A stretch of DNA of 64,000 nt from NCBI GenBank assembly GCA_051294905.1, contig CM119372.1, positions 21,826,001-21,890,000 on the forward strand, given 5' to 3'. Source of the DNA: Botryllus schlosseri (Eukaryota). Made by a program: the position numbers and the translations under genes. Shown here in pieces: positions 63,795-64,000 of the stretch. The stretch's first letter is position 1; each line of letters begins with the position of its first letter. The notes under the pieces were generated by a model, which did not search any database, was not told where the DNA came from, and was given only the letters and a program-made list of their open reading frames with translations.

Positions 63795-64000
63795 ACCATA
63801 GTTTCCAATACGGTGTGGACACAAGCAAATCTCACGGCTCAGAGAAATTGGTCTACGCCACACTTTCCATTTGGCTAATGGCAATTTGACGGTAATTTTT
63901 GACCGGCTTGCCGATCATTAAATTTGATAAAACTGGTATCAATCGAAAGCTACCGAGGTACTGATTGTGCAAATATAAATTTTATTCCGCTCATGGCACT
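63795..64000 (+). repeat. CACCATAG-starting dispersed repeat (other copies about 8092-8440, 9672-10520, 39390-39550)
   Basis: Shared sequence ...GTGGACACAAGCAAATCTCACG...GGTATCAATCGAAAGCT...; superfamily not determined. Confidence 0.65.

Overview
AT-rich animal genomic DNA, invertebrate and plausibly a tunicate (inferred from gene style and repeat content; the species cannot be fixed from sequence alone). Host genes, all on the minus strand: (1) two diverged, two-exon IL-17-family cytokine paralogues. One is intact (29799-29459 + 25766-25544, 187 aa). The other (7316-6970 + 6760-6538) has a single in-frame TAG just before its intron. Both have a signal peptide, a Cys-paired pro-region and a furin-type basic site ahead of the IL-17 cystine knot. 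(2) The 3' exons (about 47.9-45.35 kb) of a gene that ends in a Caspr/CNTNAP-type fibrinogen-like domain. The rest is densely packed with transposons: many non-autonomous hAT elements (8-bp TSDs, often nested 2-3 deep), two decayed Chapaev3 elements, a palindromic TTAA element, and a young, internally deleted Gypsy LTR element with an intact Gag-protease ORF. Exon boundaries, translations, TSDs and identities were worked out by hand and need alignment or RNA-seq confirmation.
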